From Candidatus Heimdallarchaeota archaeon (GTDB lineage: Archaea > Asgardarchaeota > Heimdallarchaeia > Heimdallarchaeales > Heimdallarchaeaceae): 64,000 nucleotides of DNA. The stretch spans positions 8,560-72,559 of the forward strand of contig DXJF01000032.1 of NCBI GenBank assembly GCA_019057375.1. The letters are read 5' to 3'. The notes below the pieces were generated by a model, which made no database searches, was not told the origin of the DNA, and saw nothing but the letters and a program-made list of their open reading frames with translations. Shown here piece after piece: positions 19,377 to 29,440 of the stretch (positions are counted from its first letter, which is position 1; each line of letters starts with the position of its first letter). The position numbers and the translations under genes were made by a program.

Positions 19377-20753
19377 TCAATTTTTCTTTGAAAATATTTG
19401 CTTGAAAATTGATGTTGCTTTTACTTTCTCATCCTTCAGAAATGGATCAAAGTCCCCTTTCCAGATTATTGGAAGACATAATAATATGAAAATTGCACAA
19501 ATAGGACCTAGCCAAACAAGCCCTACGTTTATTGTTTCACTTCCCACTACTTTAGTCCAATCACGCATAAAACCTGCTGTCACAAATCCAATTGCTTGAG
19601 CTATATTGAAAGGTAAACCTTTGAAACCTGTATAGAGTCCCGAACGATTTTCAGAAGTTTCTCTTTCATCTTTATCAGCAAAGTCTGCTAAAATCGCATA
19701 TGGGAAAAGATAAGCTGCTGAAATACCAAACACAACCCCAATACCAAAACCATACCCTTGAACAATGGGAGGAATAAGTGGGATTTTACCGATTAGTGGA
19801 GTTATTGGTATCCAAATTATCAGCCATGTGAAAGCAATTATCAATGACCATTTCTTACCAAATTTCTTTGCAAAGCTTCCCCAGAAAAGGAAACTTAGTA
19901 CAAAAACACAAAGCATTACTGCTGCAAAAAGAAATTTCTCTATAGCATTAACAACACCTATAACCTTTTCCAGAAAATCTAGAATTAAAGCAGACATGAT
20001 GGTAACACCAACATTGAGAATTGTAAATCCTCCAACCCAAATCATGTAATTTCGGTTACGAAGTGCAACTTTAATCTCACTCCAAGCATTCTTCTGCTTA
20101 GTTTCAACTTCCTTTTCCTTAATCTTCAATAATGCTGGCAAAAAGAATAGAAGTTCTAACACTGCAAAAAGAAGTGCGAAAATCAATAAATATTTCCCAG
20201 CATCACCATAGATACCTTGAGGATCTTCTCTAATGAAACCAGACATTACTAAAACAAAACCAGAACCAATTGCACCTCCAATTAAGTTGACTGTATTCAT
20301 TAAACCAGCTACCTGAACTCTTTCATCTTCCGAAGTTATTTCAGGCATCCAAGATTGGTAAGGAATCACGAGATATCCATAGAATAGATGGAACATTGAA
20401 TTCCATATTAACAACCAGATGAACTTCGTTGCTTGACTTCCTAGTGGAATGATAAATTGAGGCGTAAATAACATAACAAATGAAAAAGCTAATGCAGGAG
20501 CTCCTGTCCAGATAAAGAATTTTCTTCTTCCAAGTTTTGATTTTGATGATAGGGAATCAGAAACAATACCAACAACCACAGAAGAGAAACCTATTACTAT
20601 TTTTCCTATAGCGTTGCCTATGCCATTGAGAACAGGATCTAAATTCACTTGATTGGTATACATCCAGAAGGTTGCTACAAAAACCACATTCAGTAGAATT
20701 GTTGTACCCATTCTACATATCGAATAGTAGATTTTTTGTCTAACTGTAAGCAT
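19377..20753 (-). CDS. MFS transporter, glycoside-pentoside-hexuronide (MelB-like) family
   Basis: GIVSD...KLGRRK, PYQSWMPEIT, ADFADKDE...RSGLY; about 12 TM helices. Confidence 0.88.
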   Translation of the reverse strand: MLTVRQKIYYSICRMGTTILLNVVFVATFWMYTNQVNLDPVLNGIGNAIGKIVIGFSSVVVGIVSDSLSSKSKLGRRKFFIWTGAPALAFSFVMLFTPQFIIPLGSQATKFIWLLIWNSMFHLFYGYLVIPYQSWMPEITSEDERVQVAGLMNTVNLIGGAIGSGFVLVMSGFIREDPQGIYGDAGKYLLIFALLFAVLELLFFLPALLKIKEKEVETKQKNAWSEIKVALRNRNYMIWVGGFTILNVGVTIMSALILDFLEKVIGVVNAIEKFLFAAVMLCVFVLSFLFWGSFAKKFGKKWSLIIAFTWLIIWIPITPLIGKIPLIPPIVQGYGFGIGVVFGISAAYLFPYAILADFADKDERETSENRSGLYTGFKGLPFNIAQAIGFVTAGFMRDWTKVVGSETINVGLVWLGPICAIFILLCLPIIWKGDFDPFLKDEKVKATSIFKQIFSKKN

Positions 20754-20910
20754 AATTTCACCCTTCTGAAATAATGTTAGTAAGCGAACGATAATATAAC
20801 GGGAACGTTTTATTTAAGAGTTTATACCTAAATTATTACTCCATCCGAGATAATACGCCTTAAACCAAAGTTTTTTGTTTTGACATGAAATGTTTACTTG
20901 AAGTGTTTGG

Positions 20911-21795
20911 ATGTCAAATGATGAGATATTGAAAATAATTAAACTACTAGAAGACCCAAGTCCAGCTCTCCGCCAACTTGCATTGGAACAATTAGCTCCT
21001 TTTGGAAGTGAAGAAATTGCAAAACAGAAGATAATCCAGTCATTGAAAGATTCTGACCCTGAAGTTAGAATTTATGCAGCAGAAATCCTTGGGGATATAG
21101 TTGATAATCAAGCTTTAATTGCATTAAGTCAAGCACTAGAAGATGAAAATTGGGGCGTAAGGAAAGCTTCTATTGATTCTTTTGGTAAGCATAAAAACCC
21201 TGATACTCTCTCTTTCATCATTCACACATTAGATGATGAACACCCTCAAGTTAGATATTCCGCTGCTAAAGCGTTAAAGAATTTTGATGATATTGCTATA
21301 ATTGAACCATTATTTAAGAGATTGAAGGATGAAACTGAATCAGTCAGAGAAGAAGCTAAGACAACTATACTAAGATTTCCAATCAAAGTTCCAGCTTCCC
21401 TTGTAGCTAATTATGTTCTAGATTCTAATAAACTAGTTAAGGAAGTAGTTGTAGAGTTTCTAACTTATCGTGTAGAAGGTAATCCTGTTCCTCATTTAAT
21501 AAAAGCTTACGATGATCAAGATTGGGAAATTAGATTACAAGCTTTGCAAGAAATAAGAAAACTAATTGATATAGGGGAAATAGAGGATTCGAGGATTTAT
21601 GAAGCAAATTTAAGTGCTTTAGACGATACTCACCCAAGAGTAAGATTTGAAGCTATCAGCAACATAGGTATTCTAAGAGATCCAAATGCTATAGATGTTC
21701 TAGGGGAAATAGCTAGAAATGATGAAGATTCTAATAATAGATTGATGGCAACAGAAACAATGACAGCTATCAGAAGAACTATGAGATTAGAATAG
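20911..21795 (+). CDS. HEAT repeat protein
   Basis: Repeated L.D.....VR..A...LG units. Confidence 0.88.
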   Translation: MSNDEILKIIKLLEDPSPALRQLALEQLAPFGSEEIAKQKIIQSLKDSDPEVRIYAAEILGDIVDNQALIALSQALEDENWGVRKASIDSFGKHKNPDTLSFIIHTLDDEHPQVRYSAAKALKNFDDIAIIEPLFKRLKDETESVREEAKTTILRFPIKVPASLVANYVLDSNKLVKEVVVEFLTYRVEGNPVPHLIKAYDDQDWEIRLQALQEIRKLIDIGEIEDSRIYEANLSALDDTHPRVRFEAISNIGILRDPNAIDVLGEIARNDEDSNNRLMATETMTAIRRTMRLE

Positions 21796-21840
21796 ATAAA
21801 TTTCCCTAAAATTTTTATAATGAACACTTCAGTTGACTGT

Positions 21841-22089
21841 ATGAAACCACCAATTTGCATTATTTGTTACAAGGAATTCAGAGATTCAGATGAAGGAGGA
21901 TTAGTTTACTTTGGGAAAAGCAAAAGCGATGAAAGATGGATTAAAGCTATGAAAGTTGAAGGATTAACTGGTCATCCACCTTATGCAGATTGGTTCTGCG
22001 ACAAGCACTATGCGGCAGCTAAGGAATTATCACATCTAACAATATCAGAAGCTATAGAAATATTAAAAGTAAAATTTTCAGAGGAATAA
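21841..22089 (+). CDS. Small putative Zn-binding protein, paralog 1
   Basis: MKPPICxIC ... HPPY..WFCxxH. Start refined to ATG 21841 by alignment with paralog 2. Confidence 0.7.
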   Translation: MKPPICIICYKEFRDSDEGGLVYFGKSKSDERWIKAMKVEGLTGHPPYADWFCDKHYAAAKELSHLTISEAIEILKVKFSEE

Positions 22090-22095
22090 TATCGG

Positions 22096-22359
22096 ATGAA
22101 GCCACCAATTTGTGAAATCTGTTTAAAAAGATTTAATCACGCAGAGGAAGGAGGAATTATTAGTTTTAAGAAAAACAAATCTAATATAAAATGGGAGAAA
22201 AGAGTCAAAAAGAAGGGGATAGTTGAGCATCCGCCTTATATGGAATGGTTTTGTGGAGAACACTTTGATGCTGCAAAAAAACTAGAACACTTTCATCGGC
22301 ATGAAGCTCTAGAGGAACTGAGAAATCTATTTCTATTGGAAGAAGAATCTTTATCTTAA
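22096..22359 (+). CDS. Small putative Zn-binding protein, paralog 2
   Basis: Same motif set as 21841-22089. Confidence 0.7.
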   Translation: MKPPICEICLKRFNHAEEGGIISFKKNKSNIKWEKRVKKKGIVEHPPYMEWFCGEHFDAAKKLEHFHRHEALEELRNLFLLEEESLS

Positions 22360-22399
22360 TAAAAAATCACATTATGAAATAATATTCAAGTGAGTATTT

Positions 22400-22681
22400 A
22401 TGGCGAATATAGAAATTATTACTTTCACAAAAATCAAAGAGATCATAGGCAAGAAGAAATTCTCTTACGAAGCATCATCTGTAGGAAATCTACTCAATAA
22501 GATGTTTGAAGAATTCGGCGAAATTCTCAAAACTGAGATTCTCGACATCAATGGTGATGTTAAAAAACACTATCGAATAATTGTAAATGGCAGAAATATT
22601 AATCTTTTAGAGGGATTTAAAACAATATTAAATGAAGGAGATATGGTAGCATTTATGCCAACAATAGCTGGTGGAAATTGA
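22400..22681 (+). CDS. MoaD/ThiS/SAMP ubiquitin-like sulfur carrier
   Basis: IIVNGRNI...L.EGD.VAFMPTIAGG; close to tungsten AOR. Confidence 0.88.
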   Translation: MANIEIITFTKIKEIIGKKKFSYEASSVGNLLNKMFEEFGEILKTEILDINGDVKKHYRIIVNGRNINLLEGFKTILNEGDMVAFMPTIAGGN

Positions 22682-22732
22682 TTTTCGTGTTATTTTGAGT
22701 AAGTTTTTAACTGTCTGATACAATACAATATT

Positions 22733-24541
22733 GTGCCACTCAAGAAGTACAAATATAGGCTAAAAACAACTAAAATCAGATTTGTAGCTGTTTTTGTTTT
22801 AGTTTTTACCTTATTAGTACTCAGTATGCCAGTTACAATTTATAGTTCTGATGAGACGGTCATAGGAGGAGAATATTTGGGACCATCATGGTCAACTCCT
22901 TTTGGTAAAAACATCAAGGGATCCCCTTCTCTTGTTGACCTTGACAGAGACGGAGATATCGAAATTGTAGTTTTGACCACCAACTATGTTTTTTGTTTGA
23001 ATAACATAGGTACAATAAAGTGGTATCTTAATCTAGACACAACTCTTTCTGGAAAAATCAACTTTGCAGATCTAGATGAAGATGGAAAGATTGATTTATT
23101 AATCTCAGGAGAATCCTCACTAATCTGCATTAATCACAGGGGATCAATTCTTTGGGAATATTTAGCTGATTCTGAACTTAAGGACTTTACTCCTTGTATT
23201 TTTGATATCGATGGTGACATGCATTTAGATATTATTGTTTCGACAGCAAAAACTACAAGTCAACCTTTTGTCTTAAATCGAAAAGGAAAAATTGCATTTT
23301 ATTTTAATATAACATTACAATTTTCAGGATATTGGGCACTCTTCTTTGGTTCAGCTCCAATCATTGCAGATATTGATAATAACGGTATTTTAGATATTTT
23401 ATTAATCGGAAATGATTACAAACTTCATTCCTTTACTACTTCAGGTGAAGAGAAATGGATATCACAAACAATTAGAGGAGATTCTTTAATTGGAGTAGCA
23501 GATCTTGATGGAGACAGTACCGCAGAAATAATAGTTGGAAGCACTTTTCATCTGTATTGTTTTGATCATAATGGAGAAATAGAATGGTCGTATACACAGG
23601 AATTACAAAATAACAGAAGCAATATCATGAACTTCAATCCCTGCATTGCTGATATAGATAATGATGGTAGCCTTGAGGTCATATCTAGTGCTTATAACCC
23701 TTTGACAGGTGAAGGAAACATCTTTTGTTTAAATGAAACCGGACAACTTCAATGGAGATATAATTCTATAAATAGTCTAGGTAGTCCTTGTGCAATTGAT
23801 ATTGATAACGATAAAACTTTGGAGATTCTTTTCAGTGAAGGAAACGATAATTTTATGGGATTGAATCATCTGGGGGAATTATTGCTATTTCGGGAAGTTG
23901 AGGGTATACACACAGATCCTCCCTTGGTGGCAGATATTGACAAAGATGGTAAACTAGAAGTAATAATATCAAGAGTAAACAAGAAAGATGTGCATTGTTT
24001 TGAACTACTTGAGTCATTCAATTCTACTAGCTCCTGGTGGACCTATGGAGGAAGTTTTCAGCGACATGGAAGTCCAGATAGTGATGGGGATTATTTGAAT
24101 GATTTTGCTGAAATCAACTTATATAATACAGATCCTTACTTAAAGGACAGTGACGGAGATTTACTTTTAGATAGCTGGGAGGTAGAGTATTTCTTGGATC
24201 CACTTGAAAATAGTACTTATGATGATCCAGATAAAGATGGTTTTACAAATATCGAAGAATTCGAAAGAGCTTCAAACCCAAACAAATGGGATAACTGGGC
24301 AAGACTCTATGGAGGATATCTAATTCCAGCATGGTTACTAATTCTCGGGGTCTTAGTGTATAGTTGCATTAAACTAAAATCTATATCACCAAAAATCTGG
24401 AATTCATTAGTTACATTTTATATTTATCTTAGAGTGCGATTTGCACGAGACATAACTAAACAAAGAGAGCTTTACATCACAGATAGAGAATTTTTTGGTG
24501 ATGTAGAAGAGGCCTTGAAGGAACAAGAAAATGATTTATAA
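22733..24541 (+). CDS. FG-GAP/VCBS repeat surface protein with DxDxDG (TSP3-like) repeats and a C-terminal TM
   Basis: Seven D(L/I)DxDGxx(E/D)I repeats, DSDGD repeats, signal sequence, TM near the C-terminus. Confidence 0.82.
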   Translation: MPLKKYKYRLKTTKIRFVAVFVLVFTLLVLSMPVTIYSSDETVIGGEYLGPSWSTPFGKNIKGSPSLVDLDRDGDIEIVVLTTNYVFCLNNIGTIKWYLNLDTTLSGKINFADLDEDGKIDLLISGESSLICINHRGSILWEYLADSELKDFTPCIFDIDGDMHLDIIVSTAKTTSQPFVLNRKGKIAFYFNITLQFSGYWALFFGSAPIIADIDNNGILDILLIGNDYKLHSFTTSGEEKWISQTIRGDSLIGVADLDGDSTAEIIVGSTFHLYCFDHNGEIEWSYTQELQNNRSNIMNFNPCIADIDNDGSLEVISSAYNPLTGEGNIFCLNETGQLQWRYNSINSLGSPCAIDIDNDKTLEILFSEGNDNFMGLNHLGELLLFREVEGIHTDPPLVADIDKDGKLEVIISRVNKKDVHCFELLESFNSTSSWWTYGGSFQRHGSPDSDGDYLNDFAEINLYNTDPYLKDSDGDLLLDSWEVEYFLDPLENSTYDDPDKDGFTNIEEFERASNPNKWDNWARLYGGYLIPAWLLILGVLVYSCIKLKSISPKIWNSLVTFYIYLRVRFARDITKQRELYITDREFFGDVEEALKEQENDL

Positions 24542-24571
24542 AACAAATGAAATCTTTCTTCAGTAAATTCT

Positions 24572-25048
24572 CTAAGGAATAACTTCTGGTTTTTCTACAT
24601 CCAAATCCTTTCTTTTATACTCTGCAAATTCCTTTGTTGATTTGAAGTGCAGTGCTTCCTCAGGGCAGTATTTGACACATTGTGGGTTGCCATCACATAA
24701 ATCACATGTTATTGCAATATTTTTTTCTGGATTAAATCTCATAACATTAAATGGGCAGGCTTCCACACAAATTTTACATCCGGTACACAATTCTTCGTTT
24801 ATCTGAATAGCTCCAGTTATTGGAGATTTAGATATTGCTTTCTCTGGACATACTTCTATGCATTTCCCACATATAACACATACTTTAGGAATCGTAATCC
24901 CCTCTACTTCGTTCTTAATAACTTGGATTCTAGAGAGAAAAGGAGAGAAAACTTTCTCATGTTCAAAAGAACATCGTAGTTCACAAATCCGACACCCATT
25001 GCACTTTTCTTTTTGAGCGAATATTCTTTTTTTGATTTCTGAATTCAA
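24572..25048 (-). CDS. 4Fe-4S dicluster (DmsB/AOR partner) electron-transfer subunit
   Basis: CNGCRICELRC, CVICGKCIEVCP, CTGCKICVEACP, CDLCDGNPQCVKYCP. Confidence 0.92.
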   Translation of the reverse strand: MNSEIKKRIFAQKEKCNGCRICELRCSFEHEKVFSPFLSRIQVIKNEVEGITIPKVCVICGKCIEVCPEKAISKSPITGAIQINEELCTGCKICVEACPFNVMRFNPEKNIAITCDLCDGNPQCVKYCPEEALHFKSTKEFAEYKRKDLDVEKPEVIP

Positions 25049-25049
25049 T

Positions 25050-26963
25050 TTATTTCTCCTCCTTTACTAAATTAAAAATTTCTGCCGATTCAAGAAGATC
25101 TAATTTCCTTAACAAGGATTCCTTCGGTAATCCTGTTTCAAAATCCCATCCCCTCAATTCGTAATATTTCGGCAGCATTTTATCTAATTCTACATATTGG
25201 CCTTTTGCAGGTCCTTCAGACAAAGGTTCCTCAGTAAATCTCTTAGGAAGGTTATCTTCATTTTTGCCTATTCCTTCCCTTAAATTAAACAATCTTTCTA
25301 AATTGTATATTCGTTCCCCTATTAGAAGCAATTCATCAGAGGAGATATTTCTTCCAGTTGTGAGTGACAGAAAAATAGCCATATCTTCCGGTCTAACTGC
25401 ATATGCTGAAAAGCAAGTATACTTGCACATTTCTGCTGAATCAACTATTGCTCCAAAATTTTCATGCCAGACCACCATCCTTGGTTTTCCTTCATGAGAG
25501 TGAGGATCTACTGCTTTTTCAGAACCAAACCATTCCAAACCTTTTTCAGGTTCATAACCCAACAGCTCAAAATTAGGTAAAGCTGCTAGATGGTCTGCTC
25601 CTCTTGTAGCTGTTGCCCAGCCTAAACCAAAAGCTTTTGCTGTTCTAACATCATATGCAGGTGGTTCCATTCCTTTTATATGAAGTGCAAACTCTTCAGA
25701 CCCAGCATTTATTTTTTCAGAGAATCTCTTTGTTCCTTCAGCAAGATCGTTTCCAATTCCTTCACGAAAGGCTACTTTTTTTATTAGTTCAATTAAAGCG
25801 TCATCATTTCCCCATATTAGTTCTAGTCCATCAGTATCTTTTGATGACAAGATACCTTTTTCATAAGCCTCCATAGCAAATGCTATAGTATCTCCCAGTG
25901 AGATAGTATCCAGACCAAATTTATTGGCTAACTCATTCGCTTTTAGAATTGCTCCAAGATCACCAATTCCACATTTAGATCCTAAACAAACAACTGTTTC
26001 ATATTCGGGACTTCCACCTTTAGTTCCAGCATATTTCCCAGTTTTTACCTTGGAATACTTTCCACAATGAATGGGACATGCAAAACAGCTTTCAGACTTA
26101 ATTCTATATAATTCATCAAATGTTTCTGTGGAAATGTTCTCATATTGGTCAAATATTCCTGATTGGTTATTTCGAGTTGCTAGTCCTCCGCTTATATAAG
26201 CTAAATCAACTAAAAATGTCGTGCCATAATATGACAGACTTGGAAATGCAGGATCATCGTAAATTTTCTTAAGAGTTTCATCAACAAAATCATGGAATTC
26301 TAGTGGGTTAGCTATCTCTACTCCACCAGTTCCTCTAACAGCAATAGCTTTCAAGTTCTTTGAACCCATTACTGCTCCTAATCCAGTTCGAGCTGCAGCT
26401 CTGGATAGATTGTTCATTAGTGCTGCGTATTTAACTAGATTTTCTCCCCCTTGTCCTATGCATAGTATTTGAAAATTTTCAGATAACTCATTTTTTAATA
26501 TAGAATCAGTTTCCCAAGTATCTTTTCCCCAAAGATGAGATGCATCTCGTAATTCCATCTGGTCATCTTCAATGTAAAGGAATACTGGTTTTTCTGATTT
26601 ACCATGTAGAAAGACAGCATCGTATCCTGCATAAGCAAGTTCTGGAGCAAAGTGTCCTCCAGAATTTGCATAGCCAATCCCCCCTGTCAGTGGAGATTTT
26701 GCCGCAACAGTATATCTAGCTGTTGAAGGAGCAAATGTTCCAGTAAGAGGACCTAGACTTACGACAAGTATATTCTCTGGACTAAGAGGGTCAACATCTT
26801 GCTTTAAATTATCATAAAGATATTTAATCGCCCAACCTCGACCTCCTAAGTAATTCTCAATCAACAAAGGATCAGTTTCTTTTACAAGAAAAGATTGGGT
26901 TGTTAAATCTACAACTATGGTTTTACCTCTATATCCTTTATAGTGAGTTGTTGTGGAGTTCAA
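25050..26963 (-). CDS. aor: Tungsten-containing aldehyde:ferredoxin oxidoreductase
   Basis: YLGGRG, KSPLTG, GAVMGSKNLKAI, ESCFACPIHC, PEYET, GLDTISLG, YYELRGWD. Confidence 0.93.
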   Translation of the reverse strand: MNSTTTHYKGYRGKTIVVDLTTQSFLVKETDPLLIENYLGGRGWAIKYLYDNLKQDVDPLSPENILVVSLGPLTGTFAPSTARYTVAAKSPLTGGIGYANSGGHFAPELAYAGYDAVFLHGKSEKPVFLYIEDDQMELRDASHLWGKDTWETDSILKNELSENFQILCIGQGGENLVKYAALMNNLSRAAARTGLGAVMGSKNLKAIAVRGTGGVEIANPLEFHDFVDETLKKIYDDPAFPSLSYYGTTFLVDLAYISGGLATRNNQSGIFDQYENISTETFDELYRIKSESCFACPIHCGKYSKVKTGKYAGTKGGSPEYETVVCLGSKCGIGDLGAILKANELANKFGLDTISLGDTIAFAMEAYEKGILSSKDTDGLELIWGNDDALIELIKKVAFREGIGNDLAEGTKRFSEKINAGSEEFALHIKGMEPPAYDVRTAKAFGLGWATATRGADHLAALPNFELLGYEPEKGLEWFGSEKAVDPHSHEGKPRMVVWHENFGAIVDSAEMCKYTCFSAYAVRPEDMAIFLSLTTGRNISSDELLLIGERIYNLERLFNLREGIGKNEDNLPKRFTEEPLSEGPAKGQYVELDKMLPKYYELRGWDFETGLPKESLLRKLDLLESAEIFNLVKEEK

Positions 26964-27024
26964 GTTAATACTATATCACCATTTTAGAGGATATAAGCTT
27001 TACTTCATAATGCAAGATCAATAA

Positions 27025-27573
27025 TTATTTAGGGGTAATCTTAACTACTTCAACTAATTCAGAGAAGGATGTAAAATCAGCTGTTGCAGAATCATCAGTT
27101 TTAGGATTCCAACCAAATAACATCTTAGCAGCCTTAGGATATTTAGTTACATACCACTTAAACAAATCATTCTTTTGCTCAATGGATGCAAGTAATTCAA
27201 AACCTATAGATTGTTTTCTGAATCCAACTTTAATTCTAATATCTTGTGGATTTGCTAACATATTCTTGAGCCAATGTGCTTTCATCCCTCTACCCGCAAC
27301 AAAATGAATTACTCCATCTTTTTTTCTATATTCTACTGGAGTAATCCTTTTCTTACCTGTTTTTCTTCCTTTAGTGTATAGAAGCAAGAAGATTTTTCCA
27401 AAACCGAATAAAGGAAGAATATTCACTCGATATAAAGGAATGGTAAAGTATTTGTTTAGTCGCTTCCAAGTCTTGAGAGTCTTTGCTTGGGACTCTGAAT
27501 CTCCGAATAATAAATTGTACTCTGCGGAACCTGAACGAGGAAAATCAAAGATTTGATCAGTCATATTTAACAA
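27025..27573 (-). CDS. Deazaflavin (F420)-dependent nitroreductase family protein (DUF385/Ddn-like)
   Basis: LLLYTKGRKTGKKRITPVEY, W.KN.LANP. Confidence 0.8.
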   Translation of the reverse strand: MLNMTDQIFDFPRSGSAEYNLLFGDSESQAKTLKTWKRLNKYFTIPLYRVNILPLFGFGKIFLLLYTKGRKTGKKRITPVEYRKKDGVIHFVAGRGMKAHWLKNMLANPQDIRIKVGFRKQSIGFELLASIEQKNDLFKWYVTKYPKAAKMLFGWNPKTDDSATADFTSFSELVEVVKITPK

Positions 27574-27673
27574 GAACTCTTTACATTCAAAAAAATTGTT
27601 GTTCAGATGAAATTGAAAATATGAAATAGGGAAGAGTTATTTTTGCAGATATCAATCTACTATAGGGATTTCC

Positions 27674-28033
27674 TTGTTTACTGAAGAATTTGTCAGCGAA
27701 GAAGAGCTTCTTCTAGAAGAAGAAATTGAAGAGATATACCAGTATCATGGTGCTGAGTATGATGAACTTCCTTTCATTGAGTTCAAAGATCATGAGGAGG
27801 AGAATCATTCTGATTACCGTCTAACTCTATTCTTTGCATTATTATTAGCAATTACAGGAGCTGTTGTGCTCGGTTTCTTAACGCCCCGAACATATGGAGA
27901 AACATTAAATGATGTTTACTGGTGGACTCCTCTTATTGGTGGATTGATTGGAGCTTTTCTAGGAGGTTTTGTTGGTTTAATGATAGATTCTCTACTTTAT
28001 GGTAGGTCTAAAGGTAATCAACAAACATCATAA
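27674..28033 (+). CDS. Hypothetical 2-TM membrane protein with an acidic N-terminus
   Basis: ORF track; two hydrophobic helices. Confidence 0.55.
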   Translation: MFTEEFVSEEELLLEEEIEEIYQYHGAEYDELPFIEFKDHEEENHSDYRLTLFFALLLAITGAVVLGFLTPRTYGETLNDVYWWTPLIGGLIGAFLGGFVGLMIDSLLYGRSKGNQQTS

Positions 28034-28070
28034 TTATGAAGAATTTTAAAAACTAACAATCAGCAAAAAT

Positions 28071-28844
28071 TCATGTTTCTTTTGATGATTTAGTTAAGAA
28101 TCTATGACTCACATAATCTATATATCCATTATCAGATATGGTAGAATGAAGTTCAAACAGTTTGTCTCTATATTTTTCAACTGTAAATCCAGGTATTTCC
28201 CAAGGAGCCGCTAATAGATAAAAAACGATTGCACCAACATCAAAAAATCGAGTTATCGGAAAACACTCTTTCTTCTTGAGAATCTTAAATCCATTATTTT
28301 CTAATTGATTTGCTGCGAAATCTGCAGTCCATTCTGGATACTCACTCACTTTATCATTAAGGAAAAATTCTCTTAATCCATCATCATTGTGAGCTCCTAC
28401 TTGCTGAGTTAGAAAAATGCCTTCTTCTGAGAGTATTCTATGAACCTCAGTAGGAGAATAAGATTCATGTCTATTGATAATTAAATCAAATGAACCATCT
28501 TCAAAAGGTAGGTTCTCATCACCACTAATTTGAGTTACTTCTACTCCTAAGGGTTCTAGTCTTTTTTTTGCAATGGGAACATTTGGTTCATAAGCTTCAG
28601 TGGCATATGTTTTTTCTGGAAAAGGTTGTAACATTGATAGAAACTCTCCACCACCAGTTCCCATGTCAAGTAAGGAATTAGCTTTTCTTAAAACTGGAAG
28701 TATTTCTGAGGTATAACTCCATATTAATGGTGCTGTAACCATTCTATTATCAACATAGGAAAAATCCCATCCAAGAAAAGGTCTTTGGGCTTCTTTAATT
28801 AATAGTTCAAATGTTTCTTTACAACTTCTAGAATCATCATCCAT
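28071..28844 (-). CDS. Class I SAM-dependent methyltransferase
   Basis: GWDFSY, LLDMGTGGGE, LPFEDGSFDLIINRHE. Confidence 0.88.
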   Translation of the reverse strand: MDDDSRSCKETFELLIKEAQRPFLGWDFSYVDNRMVTAPLIWSYTSEILPVLRKANSLLDMGTGGGEFLSMLQPFPEKTYATEAYEPNVPIAKKRLEPLGVEVTQISGDENLPFEDGSFDLIINRHESYSPTEVHRILSEEGIFLTQQVGAHNDDGLREFFLNDKVSEYPEWTADFAANQLENNGFKILKKKECFPITRFFDVGAIVFYLLAAPWEIPGFTVEKYRDKLFELHSTISDNGYIDYVSHRFLTKSSKET

Positions 28845-28975
28845 ATTACAAACTTGAGAGACATATTAATGATTTTTATGTATGGAGAGACCATTTGTAT
28901 GCATTCAAAAATAGTGACTTAAATGGAAAAAGATCAAGAAATTTTATTAAAAAAATAGAATGAAAATAGAATAAT

Positions 28976-29368
28976 TTACTCTACTTTTACTTCTTTTTCA
29001 TATTTCCAAAAACCGTGTATGTTACAATAAGATGTTGCAATAAGCTTTCCTGGTTTGTCAGTTTTTAGTTGAAAAACTGTATAGGGTTCTGAATAAACAC
29101 CACTTGTATCGGGCCCTTTTATTGAAGCTCCATGAGCATCAAAATTGACTAAACCAAGTTGATATGGGTATTTTTCATCTTCTGGCCAGAACATTAGTTT
29201 TATCCAAGAAATATGATGTTCTGTTTTGTTAGGATGAGCAATTTCTTTTCCAACACTAACAGTTACAAGAGTTTTTTCACCAGCTTTAATGACATCTGTA
29301 ATTTCAATAACAGGTACATGTTTTTCTGTTTTCCAATCAGCTGTTCCATATAATTCCATGGGAATCAC
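28976..29368 (-). CDS. sor: Superoxide reductase (neelaredoxin, class II SOR)
   Basis: EKHVP, HPNKTEHHI, CNIHG iron ligands. Confidence 0.93.
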   Translation of the reverse strand: MIPMELYGTADWKTEKHVPVIEITDVIKAGEKTLVTVSVGKEIAHPNKTEHHISWIKLMFWPEDEKYPYQLGLVNFDAHGASIKGPDTSGVYSEPYTVFQLKTDKPGKLIATSYCNIHGFWKYEKEVKVE

Positions 29369-29440
29369 CTAACTCTAGAAAAAACATAGCTATAAATAAA
29401 TTTCTTGGAAAGACAAAAATAGAAGTAAATAGGAAAAAAA

